This document shows, piece after piece, positions 26,725 through 39,268 of a stretch of DNA of 64,000 nucleotides. Below the pieces are notes generated by a model that made no database searches, was not told the DNA's origin, and was given only the letters and a program-made list of their open reading frames with translations. The DNA lies in the NCBI GenBank assembly GCA_010093815.1, contig ML996575.1; one strand, 5' to 3'. This stretch comes from Pseudovirgaria hyperparasitica. Lineage: Eukaryota. A program made the translations under genes and the position numbers. Position 1 is the stretch's first letter; each line of letters opens with the position of its first letter.

Positions 26725-27687
26725 ATGTCTATCAGCGTTGGCTCTCCGGAGTGGTACCGCCAGATGAAAGATGTGAAAAGTGATGTGGGCAGACTTACAA
26801 TCAATCATTACGGATTCAAGCAAGCAGCGAACGGCGAGCTGATATTCGCGCCGCTTGACTTTTCCTCGGCACCTCGCAAAGTGCTTGATGTCGCGACAGC
26901 TGACGGTACGGAACCAGGACTCTAGTTGAGTGATTGTCCCTGATAGATAGACCTAGGATTATGGATGCGAGATGTGCAGTCCTCAATACCAGCGCCTCCA
27001 CATGGCGAGCATGTCTTTGTCGGTACCGAAATCAACGAAGCATTCTTTCCCTCCTCTCATCCGGAGAACATCTCATTTGTCCTACAAGACATGAACAAAC
27101 CCGGCCCAGAATCATGGAGCCAGGCGTTTGATCTCGTACACATGCGACTAGCATTGCTGGCTGCCACTTCGCCGCAAGCCGTGATCGAAGAACATATGAA
27201 GTACCTAAAGCCCGGCGCGTGGCTTGTGATTGGCGACTGTGACAGGGTTTGTCCGACGAGCGAAGCTGAGAACCCATACTACCATATGTTCTTCAAGGTC
27301 ATGCGCGCAGTACTGACGAAGATGCGCGCGGATCCAGACGTGGCACTCAAGTCAAAGGCTTGGTTAGAAGAGGCCGGGTTCGAGGATGTACAAGAGCACA
27401 TGGTCATGCGGCAAGTTGGCAAGAGGAATCCGGATGAAACCATGGCTGAAAAAGCAGCTGAATCTGATCTGATCATCACGGCGGGTATGGCAAATAACGC
27501 GAAAGGTGAATCGTAGATGCACACTTTGGGATGTGTAGTCCTGCTAACTTTGACAGGATTGGACTCGTCATTGAAACCCTATACTGATGAGATCTTGGAT
27601 GATTTAGCAGCCAATTTGGGAAAGGAACTGAGAGATCAGGGAGCACTTTTTCCCATGCGGTTCATATGGGGTAGAAAGCCTCAATGA
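26725..27687 (+). CDS. SAM-dependent methyltransferase (LaeA-like/Methyltransf_23 type)
   Basis: VLDVATADG motif I, FDLVHMRL, LKPGAWL, WLEEAGFEDV and C-terminal WGRKP; two introns. Confidence 0.88.
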
Positions 27688-28540
27688 GCTTAGGCTTATG
27701 CTTGCTCAAGTACCTGTTCGTAACGGGTATATAGATTTATGATCTACGATGTCAAATGTGTTAACGGTATCCCAGCTGCATATCTGGCATTTCCAGGTCG
27801 TATGAATGCTTTGTCGAACATGGTGCGTCACTTAGTCGGCAACGCAGATTATCTCCGAAATCATATTTTGTTCTTGGAAGTGAGGATGAAGAACAGACAG
27901 TGTTGTTGATATGGTTGATTGTTGATCAACATTCACAACTGAATGAGTTTTTTCTGCGTGTAGAATTCCTGCCTGAGCAGAACCTACCAAGTTCGCATAA
28001 TGGCTGACGACCCACCAACCGCGTTACTTCTCAAGCCGTGCATCATGATGCAAGGATACAGTGTTAATGCTGTTCACGGGAACACGAAGATCCTGGCGTG
28101 CAGCTGTGACACGACCAAATGCAGGACGTCGGCAGCAGGGCATCTCCACCTAAGTCGTCCCATCGTATCGAGTGGAGTCCACGTGGAAACAAGAATGCGG
28201 AGTGCATGCTGGGTATACGATCATAGTAAGCAAATATTAGATTGCAGCGCTGTGGGCTGAACAGAGCTATTCAGCTACCTAACAGGGCTAACTATTACAC
28301 TCGATGGCGACTCGATGCTTACATTTAGCCTGGATATCATTTTCAGTGTATTGACGCCCGCACGACAGGAGAAATTTTCCGAGGCTGTAATCTAAGCATT
28401 TTTTCCAGTAACAGTACACAGCTCTATCAAGAACCATTCTTCCACGCTGTTTGTCCTTGGTCACGACGATCTTCCTGAATTGATCCTGCACACTGCTTCT
28501 TACTTTCGTTGTCATGAAATCGCGTCAACCAGCCACTGCC

Positions 28541-29442
28541 ATGAAGCTCAGCATTAACTCATTAGCAATCTTCATTGTCGCAACATTATATACTAATGTC
28601 GCGGAAGTGCTCGCAGCCGAAGATACGTTGACTTTGACTGGCAGATACTGGGACTGCTGCAAACCATCATGCGGCTGGGACAATAAAGCAGACTTCGGAA
28701 GTCCTGTGCAATCCTGTGATGCGAGAAACAAACCTCTCTCAGATTTCAATGCCGGAACAGGGTGCAACGGTGGGACTGCATACGCATGCTCGAATCAATC
28801 CCCTTGGGCAGTGAATGACACTTTTGCATACGGCTTCGCTGGAACCTACCTCAAAGGTGTGCTGGAGGACGCCTGGTGCTGCTCTTGCTATGAGCTCAAA
28901 TTCACGACTGGGAACTTGACCGGGAAAACTATGACTGTGCAGACGAGCAATACCGACTACGACGTTCTGAATGATAACATGTTTACCTTGGCGGCATGTA
29001 TATCATCGTAGAAAGCAATGAGCCTCTACTAATGCTACTAATAGATACCAGGAGGTAATAACAGTGACTATGGTGCTTGTGATGGACAGTACAATATCGA
29101 CAACAGCGTATTTGGGAGTAGCGGAACCGGAGTTAGCTCTGTCGAAGATTGCGATAACCTTCCAGATGCGCAGCAAGAAGGTTGCAGGTTTCGATTCACC
29201 TGGCTACAAGACATTGATAGACCACAGTAAGTATGAGTCCGAATAATTGAATGTTGTATACCAAAGACTCATCAGGTGACAGAGCGAACTTTCGACGAGT
29301 CCAATGTCCAGTGGAGTTGACAAACATTACGGGCTGCATACGCAACGACGATACAAACTTCGCTAACAGTGCTTCCCGACACGTATTTCCATCAACCTTG
29401 GTATCCAGTATTATATTCATGGGGCTCTTTCCTTTCATTTGA
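28541..29442 (+). CDS. GH45 endoglucanase-like protein with possible GPI-anchor tail
   Basis: Signal peptide; TGRYWDCCKPSC, WCCSCYEL, IPGG and VQCPVELTNITGC motifs; hydrophobic C-terminus; two introns, the first GC-AG. Confidence 0.9.
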
Positions 29443-32099
29443 GAAAAATATATACAAAAATAATGCTCTCTCTGGGGCTTGATTTGCTACTGATCATATC
29501 CATAACATTCATGACACAATACTTCATGAATCTTAGCTTTATCATAACGATCGGATCAAACCTTGTCTACCCTCAGATCCGGGACTTGTGCTATCTCGCT
29601 AAATTTGGTTCTTTGTAACGTAATAAGCAGTCAACATACGGTCACATCTCTGAGGGGCCCCTGAATCAGCCAATAGAATGATTCTGACCGCGTGGGGTTC
29701 AAGTGCAGCACTCATTACGATTATCTTGCCAACTACACGATCTATAAGCCCGAAAACATCGGTTAGAAGATCCGTGGCGTATACCGCATATGCCAATTGC
29801 GGGATTGCGCATCTTGTGTGAGACCCCTTGGAACTTTTACATCGTGCCCTCCAACCTGGCGTCCATATATATTATGTCACCTCATTGTGCCAGAATTATC
29901 TAGACTAGATACTCGATATAGGCTTATGTGAACAATTATCGCACATACAACTTCCTCTTCTCAGTCAAGCACATGCACAAGGTCTTGTTAGCGAGCTAAG
30001 ACGACCGGACGACGACGACGACGAAGGGGTCGAAACTCTGGAAGAAAAGCTCGGATTTGGCTCGATTAATCAAGGCCCGGAACTCAATATGCTGGTGTTG
30101 CAATTATCTTCGCGTGACCCATCTATTTCTACTAGTATTGCTACGTCCTTTAACAAGGCCAACTCAAACTTAGACCTAACAGTAACTGCTAAATCGAGCA
30201 TACACCTGACTATCATGTTGCTTTCTTCAGATTACGACCTTCAGACTAACGTCTCGAATTCCACGCAAGTCTCATGCCACTGTCGTCGAGCACAGTTGTG
30301 TCGAGGACTTTTCGTTGCTTTTGCGTTGGCTGTCACATATCATTGGAGGAATATTCTGTTTCGGCTACCAAATCCAACAGAAACCTTCGCTAAAAAGGAA
30401 TTCCATGCCTTCCACCCATCATTCACGATGGACCAACTGCTCACTGTTCCACATTGGTGGTAAAAGCAAAGCCTTGACTTTGATCACCGTGCATCCAAAA
30501 CAACTCGCTTACATTAAACAGATGGGGCAATTTATGTTCCGCCAGCCCGGCAGCCTTCTGATCTTCCACAGAATGCTAGATACCAATCGCTCATAGTACT
30601 TGCTTGCGCAAGAGCCGTGCCCCCCAAAGGCGTAGAGCCAGCTCCCAGTAACAGCTAGGAAAACAGAAGATTTACCCCAATAATGCGGGGTTGATATAAC
30701 CCAAAGTCATATTCAGAGCTTTCTAAGCTGCTGTGCGGAATCCACGCAAATAATGAGTGAGAAAGCAAGGATTCTCACTTTAGCCTAATCACAAGACATC
30801 GCACCTCAAGCTCCTTGAGCGAAGCAAACCGTACACGAGATGTCACAGAAGGCTGGCAAGTGGGCTCTAGTCTTACTCACAGCTGAAAAGACATCCCAGA
30901 AGAAAAAAATACCGCCCCGTAAGACGGACTTAAAGCGCTCCGTTTACTCCTTCTCTCACGGCACGGAACGTTCCATACTGGCGGCAAGTCCGCTCATGAC
31001 TCATATGTGGGCAAGAATCAAGCCAGCCTGGGATTATAGATCGTATACATGGATCTTCCACTCACTGTGACAGTGTCAAGCAAGCCACGTCACCCCATCC
31101 TCGTGCGATATAGGCAGGGACGTGATACACCTGACCTTAATCCTCGGGAGTGCATACATGGAACGTTTGAATGGTGGTTCAAGTGAACATTCTTTGCACA
31201 TGATAGACACTTGAATACATCGTTATTGTCTCGCTCGTAATTATACGGCGGCACTTCAACGTTGTCCCATGACCTATCTATCAAATGCACCCTCTTATCC
31301 TTTACTGGACACGTAATATAGCTCACAGAATGCGCTCATCCGTCTGCAATATTCAGCGAGATCTCCAATGTAAAGATATACACCGTGCTGATCTTACGTA
31401 TCGCCCCCCGACCCTCCTCCGTATCAAACATGATATGCAGCGCCTTCCATTACTCTTCCACATCCACGATCATAAACATCGCGTCGACGATTCGGCCTAG
31501 GATAATTGCTCTCCACAGAGCGCCATTCTAGATTTACTAAGGCTGTGATGTGAAACTGGCTGCAAGAACATGGTGACACATAGCCAGAGTCTACACTCGG
31601 CGGCTCGAAGAGTTCAAGAGTCGTCACAGTGGTATACACTCATATATACTCAGCATGCGCTTTATGATGAAGACCAATTACTCCACTATGCCTTTTACGT
31701 ATCTTGATTACTCCATGCTCCTGAATGTCTACCACTAGAACCATAGCCTCTGGCAAGTTTTTTTGTCAGACGCTCATCCATACAAATCGCCTTGTGCACC
31801 TTACATTTAAGCACCTTACGTACCGTACCGGCGGATATGTTATGTGCAAGACCAACCATTGGTACGGCACTGGCTATAGAACGGGAGCTTCGGATACCGA
31901 CACTGTGGAATATTAGATGAGGGCATGTAGCATAGTTACGTCGGAGAAGATGCAGCGTAATGTGATGCCGAGAGAAAGATGAAGACTGAATGTCAAGTTT
32001 ACGCAATGTTGGAAAGGAAACAGATCGTAGACAAAAAAACGACATAGATGTGATCAGAATTTTGGTTTCAGGACCTGGTATCTCAAACAACAATCAGAA

Positions 32100-33574
32100 T
32101 CATAAAATCCCACTCTTGACCGTAATGAATTCCATATCATCGACGCTTTTCACTCTTGGCATTGTCGCCTCTCCCTCCACTGAGGGTCTATGCGCAGTAT
32201 AGGTCTCTGTGCTGTTCATCCCCTGTTCACCATCACTGAAACTTTTCTCCCGCCCAAGAACGCCTAAACTGCTGAATGTCTCCACATGCGTAATGTCCAT
32301 CAGGCCAACCATCTTCTCCTTATCCAACGCCGTCTCACTAGCTGACGTCAAGCTCGCTGGCGACGTCTTGACCGTATACTGGAGCGGACGCATACCACCC
32401 AGTCTACTATCATTCCAGCTCTTACTGACTCTCGCATTTACCTTGGGCAAGATTGGAATCCAACGTGGACGATCGGACGTGGTATCAGACCTGTCGGAGA
32501 AGCTGAACGTGATGATATCGCGCGCTTGCGGAGACGTAGGCCAATTCCTGCGCATCCGGGCATCTTCTTCGTCCATGGGACGTGATATCCAGCGCATTAT
32601 GAGACCCCGCAGCGCAGGGATGCACGCGACGATGATCGCGACGTTGTTTTCGGCATGATTGATGCAAAATGTGATATTGTAGGTCCAGTCGTTTGCCTGG
32701 ATGTTGTAGAGACGGTCTTGGTATGTGAGGTGGATTTTTGCAGCGCCGATCGCGGTTACGCTGTTATGTGTTAATGAGGAAGTATTAGACATGGAGGTTG
32801 AGTATACCCTAGACTTGTCATGAAGAGAAATATAATTATGAAGCGGGTCCGGATGCTCGTTCGCTCCAATTTGCGCATCAAAAGGAATGGTATTGGAAGG
32901 ACGAGTAGGTCTGTTAGGAGGTTGGCGCTCGTCTGAAAGACTTGTACTTGCCCTATTCGTGGTCGATTCATGCAGTGTAGGTTGCCGAAGACGCGAGGCT
33001 TCCATGTGTTGCCTGTCTGTGGCGGACATTGGAAGATGAGTATTACGAACGGAATGATGCAAGCCAGTGCGTTGAAGGCGAATACCGCGTAGAGCGAGCG
33101 TCTGATGATTGGGAGGACAGATGAAACGCGCATGAGAAGGATGATGATGGAGGCTTTCACGAGAGGTAGGATCATAGTATTGAGCAGGTTGAACGAGAGC
33201 AAGATCTGGAATCTGTTAGTGTCCTCAGATACAATAGGCTCAAGAACACCCTACGATATGGAAGTCATCGTAGTTAGGTTCTATGCGTCGTTGATCAACG
33301 TGGTATATGTGAACTCCAAAGTGCCACATATGCACAAATCTGACGCTTGGATATATCAGTGCTATTGACAACACCTAGAAGAGTGTGAGTCATAGTTCGA
33401 GCTTCCTGCTTCAATCTCACTCACAGTTGCCAATATAATTGTATAATCGTCCCATCCTAAGTATGTCGCAAACTTTCTCCTTGAGAATATTCTGAGCGCG
33501 ACAAAACCAGCTGCCAACAAAGGCGTTCCTATGATAACGGCCAAACACACCTCTTGTAATGGATATGAGGGCAT
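32100..33574 (-). CDS. PTH11-like (fungal rhodopsin-domain) integral membrane protein
   Basis: VALRIFSR..LGWDDYTI, VKASIIILL, NLLTDLLVLPIP and ENNVAIIVACIPALR motifs; three introns. Confidence 0.88.
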
Positions 33575-35145
33575 TGTGACTTTCCTGAATCAGCCCTGGA
33601 GGACATGGAGACGATGACTGCAGGTGGGGCCTCTAAAGCTCTGATCAGGAAGGTGCCTCTACAGATTTAAGACTCGAAGAGCCAATTCCACAATGACAAG
33701 GCATGTAAGCTGGCGTGTTCCAGTGTGCAAGGGGTAGACTTTATCTTAAGAACAACTCGCATCTCGGTTTCACGAACAGGTCAGCTCCCGAGCTCCGCCA
33801 TTGGAACGTCAAGGCTATAGAAATGACTACGTGCAAGTTGAGGAGAATAAGTCGAACGGCCATGTATATTGCTGCATGACGTTAATCAGCGAGTCGCCTG
33901 ACTCTCTGTGATTTCAGGCGGGGACAGCATTCTGCCGTAAAGCATAGCATCGTCTAGAGTCGGATGCCTTCCCCTAAATCAAGGAGCGGGCCGGGTTAGC
34001 CCCAATCAAAGAACAGCCAACCTTGTCAGAAGAACAAGTAGGCGTTGGCTTGGCCTAGGGTCAATTTTTCGCCTGTAAGAAAATTGTATGCATGCTTTTG
34101 GGAGCGCGGACCGTAGTTCATTTGCGTGTTGGAGTTTCAAATGCTTGCCACAATGGAGCATACAGGGGTTTGCTCCAAGGAACATGCATCGTTCGTAATG
34201 ACGCTGTAAACGTATTCAAGACCTGTCAAGCTCCTTTCACCTAGAAGTTGTGTCCGGGAAAATTTCACATCGTACATCGGAGGACAAATACCCGAAACAT
34301 TCGAAGATTATCACTAGCGATGTTGATGGGTGGAAAATGGAGGGCTTTTTCAGAACAAGGATTAGACAGCCTCCCAGGCTTATATGCGACGCCACAGCAC
34401 GATTCGTCAAGGAGCTAGTAGGATAGACCCGCCGAGTAGTCAAACATGCCATTTGACCGAGTTCAGGCATGACGACTTGGAAGTGTGGGGAAGAATAATC
34501 CGGGGAAACGCTCTTGATATATTACCCGCGAACTTTAGTTGGACTCGTCAGGTCATATGGTCTCGGCTGGATCGAAAACATCCACAAGTCTACCGTATCT
34601 AATACATCGGGTCGAATGTTGTTTATACTACTTCGTCATTGTGATTATCCAAAGTGGCGAAAGGACGGCCATTTCTGGAAGTTGGAGTAGGCCTCGAGTT
34701 TGACCCGATAATGTTGATTCAAGATATCTATAAGATCATTAACATGGGCATCACATGGAAGCAGGGTATCACTGGCTAGAAACAGCTAATGCGTGCGACC
34801 TTATGCAGTATTGAATTACGTTTCATCATGCGCTGAGCCATAATTGCGTATTGTAGATTTTCAAGGCGACATAGTGGCGTCAACACAGAGTACGTTTTAC
34901 TATGTCGTTGCTGCCAGGAATTGCTCGATCGTAACCTTTTCAAGCGTTGAAAGCTGATGTATATTCTCAGCAGGCCATAACGTTGTCATCAATCAGCTTG
35001 GTGATAGCCCAGGGTCGATCTACAATATCTGCCGTGATCTGTAGCTCTCGCCCTACTTGGCCATGCCAATGAGCAGTCCCACTGGGTGCAATGCTCAACC
35101 ACGTGGAGCTCAGCAGGTATTGCTCGAGCTGAATAAGGTATAAGG

Positions 35146-36458
35146 TCACTCGCCAGATAATTCTTTGATAACACCCTGAAGGACGGGTCCCGCGCCTTCA
35201 TTGCATCTGACACCGTAGCGACCATCATTGTCGTCAGGCAAGTCGGCGAAAAAGTTTTCTTCGCCTCGAACACCGCCGATGTTGATGACGCCAATTGGCA
35301 TTCCACGCTCTTTCGCCCGTTTAACGAGTCGCCATGCGGAGTATGTCGCCAGACTGCTGCCAATGATGAGAATGCGACTAGCACCATCAATGGCCGCCTC
35401 AGCATCGATTTTCGTTGCGGCAGGTATGCTTTCGCCAAACATGATCACTGCAGGCTTTAACACACCACCAGTGCTACTGGTAGTCCAAGCGCCATCAGCA
35501 TCGACCGCGATCTTCGGTGGCGATATACCCGTGGGCGTCTGTCCACTCTCACACGTCGGGCATGGAGGATATCTAAATGTAGTATAAGGAGCATTAGGGA
35601 CATCGACATCGCCGTCTGGATTTGCCCTATAACCTCTTCTGCGCCGCTCAGTCGGATTCTCAGTGTCCAGTGCGCCAGTGGTAAGCATCTCCTCTAAGAA
35701 TGTGGCCCATGCGGGGTTAAGCGCTGTAAGCCGCTTCTGAAACGCATTACGAGGGTATTCAGTATGGCAGGTCAGACAAACGAGAGAGCGTAAGTAGCCG
35801 TGAAGCTCGACAGTAGAAAGGTTAGGATGGGCGTTGGGGTGAAAGGAGTCGACATCTACAAGAAAAGAGCCCAAGAGGGCAATCGTCAGCAAGTTTCATT
35901 GTTTCAAATATCGATAAACATATGTGTTTCACGCTCATGCGGCTGCTAGGGGGGTGCGTAACCGCTGAAAGGCGCACATGGAAGTCTGCGGGCCTGGGCT
36001 TGAGTGGAGGGGTCGAACAGGATCGTACTTTGTGTAATGACGCTGCGCAGAATGCCCATGTCTCCAAGCCTCTTGACAGCATGATGAGCCTCATTCGGTT
36101 TTGCTTTGGCTAAATTTGTCCACCCCAAAAAGCTACGCGCCCAGTATCTCTTTCGAGCTTCATGGTTCTCGCAGAACTCATTATAGTAAATGGGGCGATA
36201 TGTCTTGTTCAGGGTATAAGTGCCACTCGTTCCTCTATAGTCGGCTAGACCAGAGGCGACTGATATGCCAGCTCCAGTGAGCAACACAGTCTTATGTTTG
36301 CCCTCGGCTGAAGCTCCGATATTCGTCAAGCTCGGGGAAGGCGTTACGCAAAGGAATTCACGGAGAGCTGCTATTGCTCCGCTCGTACTGCTCGCGACCG
36401 CTGGAAAGATCTTTCCTGTGGGGAGCGGGTCGGTATAAGGGACACGAAGCAATGGCAT
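35146..36458 (-). CDS. NAD-dependent sirtuin, SIRT4-like (class II)
   Basis: LTGAGISVASGLADYRG, RYWARS, ITQNVD (spliced), ELHG, Zn Cys pairs and LKPAVIMFGE. Confidence 0.92.
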
Positions 36459-36980
36459 CGCTTTGGTGAAGGCATCGTGGTGTTGGTGTTTGAAGTTCGA
36501 CCAATCTCGAGTCCGTGGTTAGCGCGCTGGAGATGTCGTAATGGATATATTCATCCGTGATGACGCCGGGCCCGTGCCCCATTGGTAAAGTCGGCAGAAA
36601 AGATGTGACCAATCAGCACCCAGCAATAAAAACCATCCACGTTCACAGTACTGTTGACATGCCGACACATTGACAGAGAGATACACTATAATGATTTGAT
36701 ATTTTGTAATTGAAGGAAGTAATGGCAACGTCTGAATTGTAAGATAGTAGATCGATCATTAATCCATTAATGCTGTGGCTTCGCTCGCCATGCTCGGTGC
36801 GCTCTGGCAACAAGATATTCGACCCCTATCACTCTCTTGACATCCTCGACTAGTACAAACTTCTAAGATCGGTATGGTGCGCAACGAGAGTCGTAAGTTT
36901 CCAGTCAATAACTTCAAATATGCGCCGTAAACTCCAGTTGTGGGAATGAGGTAATGGAAACGCCGGGGAGGATGCCTTTG

Positions 36981-37618
36981 CTAAGCTTGAGGGCCGCGAG
37001 GAGATGGTGATAGCATGGTCTGAATGCTCATTCCACCGCGGCCATACAGATTTTGAACAAAGGGGGCCTGGTGAGCAGAGGACGGGCTATCATCTATGTC
37101 GTTCTCAGCGTCCAGGTCGATGCCGCTATCGTCTCCGTAAATACCTCGCTCCTTTCGCTGCGCGGACCGCTGCGCAGCCTGAAGGTTCTTGAAACCCTTT
37201 TCCATGCACTATATCGATTAGTCTTTATTTCTTCTTTTCGACTCAACATTCAACTAACTTTCTGCTCGACCAGGGTCCATTTCTCTCCTACTCGATTCGC
37301 GAGAATCTGCCACATCTCTCGCCTGCAGTTCATGTACTCTACAGCAAGTGTTTCCAGCTTGACGCCGTCCCACTCCTCCGCATTACGTCGTTCCATTAGG
37401 CGCTCGTGTCGCTTGCGGCAAGCATTTGCCGTCTTTGCAGGGAAATGTTTCGCCGAGATTGGTTGCCAGTTCATGCCGGCCGCTCGAGCACTCATGAGTA
37501 TCTCATCATCTGCGTTGGACCATGTACTGGCGGTGCGAGGCTCACTAGTGACTCCAACAGCTTGCATGGTTGTTTGTTGGCTGTGGGCTCGAGTGGACTG
37601 TCTGACCTCCTTTGGCAT
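36981..37618 (-). CDS. Myb/SANT-like DNA-binding protein
   Basis: WSNADDEILM..GMNWQPI..FPAKTANACRKRHERL; one intron before CMEKG. Confidence 0.85.
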
Positions 37619-39268
37619 AACTCTAGGAGAGGAGATACGAAAGGAAATGCGAAACAATGTCTTTCAGGTCTGAAGTCTGTGTCTCGCTGCTGAGTACAAT
37701 CTGAAATATGGGATGTGAAAGAAACGCGAAAGACAGGCCAGGTTACCAGTGAGTGACTTGTCGATGATATGCCAGAGATAAGATAGGGTGCGAATGGACG
37801 GCAACACAGCTGCCTTATGAAGCGAAGGTATGGAGGAAAGGAAATGTAAACAAAACGAAACAAATCCGCGTGCTATGAACTGTCTGATCTGATGTTTGGC
37901 AGTTTCATGTCTGGGCTACATGCGACTTTATAACCTAGAAATCGCCCAAACTCGGCAAGGTTAGACTGCTAGAGACGAAGAGACACAGATAGTCCATCTC
38001 GCGGAAGCTGAAACATGCTTAGTTTCTTTACTCGCCCAAGTATCTACACTTCCTAAACGGGGACACTGAAACGTTATGGGAGGAGGCGCAAACCACAAAG
38101 AGGTGGGCGGTTCGTCGAAAATGTCGAGTAGAACCACTTTGGTGGCCGTTGAATGGCCCACTGTTTGGCCAAGGCTGTTGAACCAAAGCTCTGGGATATG
38201 CGAAGCCTGGATGGGCTTTATTTGGGGCCTTTGGCGGCAGTTTGATGGGAGAGGTGTGCGGGCGGCTCCAGGACGTCGAGCTGGGCGGCTAACAGCAATC
38301 CTTTTTTTTAGTGGCCAGACAAGAAAAGGAGCCGCACTGAGTGGATATGCTAGACATAAACACACGAGGACGGGACGACCCTCCATGTAGCCGTGGTGTA
38401 ACCCTCCGTGGCCGCAGCCTTCTTCGAATGCGGCGCGGGTTTCAGAGTGTTAAGGACATAAAAGCACCGACTTTGGGTCCCTCAGCCATTGGCAGGGGAG
38501 ATGTAAGCGCGAGATGCGCACCTAAGACGCATGGGGGTAGATTTACTTGTTGTCAGGAGAAAACTTGCAGCGCTTGTCAGGAATAGAACTGATCGCATAA
38601 AGAGCATGGTGAAGATGAAGTTGTACCAGTGAAAGACTTGATAGTGTGGAAGAAGAAGGGTTTAGACTGGGCCGACGGTCCACCAATCAACGGCTCAATG
38701 TCAGCAATCTCTACATTTCAGCCAATCAGAACGACTAGTTTGAATATATATTGTTGTATGATTCCAGACACGCCCGCGGTTGCAAGACCATTTAGACAGT
38801 TCTTGTGATACCTCAGATGAATCTTCGAGCATAGAATTATCATTTATCTCTATAGTACTACTTGGAAACCATGGCGTGTACAGTCAGCGGCTCTCGACAA
38901 GCCGACACGTCTACGAGCGATGATCGGTGGAGAATCGCGTTGTACAAAAACAGGTTGGTCAGATGTCCCCTTTACTGTTTGAGGGACGCTGTTCTTCATC
39001 CGAAACAACTCATGGCTGAATTTGGCTTAAGTCAAGCTGATGGTTTGCCTGATCTTCATTTCATGCATTGAACATGCATATATCTGTTCAAACATGACTC
39101 TTCCACAGTGTGCTCGACGCGCATGAATCACGCGGTGTTCTCAAGTGAGCAAGGCCAAGCAAAGCCCATTGGTATCTATCGCATAGTCAAAAAGCTTGTA
39201 TCTATCCTATGCAGATTCGTGCGAAAGAAACCTTGTCTCTTCACTCGCGAACCTCTATATGTCCTAGT

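Noticed and set aside
29950..30600. Open frame with DDDDDE run and 124-aa ORF
   Set aside because: No recognisable domain, splice structure or codon bias; at most a decayed remnant.
31300..31540. Minus-strand protein-like fragment with internal stop and intron-like signals
   Set aside because: Too short to assign to a family, so a pseudogene call is unsupported.
34240..34860. Stop-interrupted frame suggestive of a RIP-mutated transposon
   Set aside because: No transposase or RT motifs, terminal repeats, or clear TpA enrichment visible.
35860..36028. Longer-than-usual sirtuin intron as a snoRNA host
   Set aside because: No convincing C/D or H/ACA boxes found.
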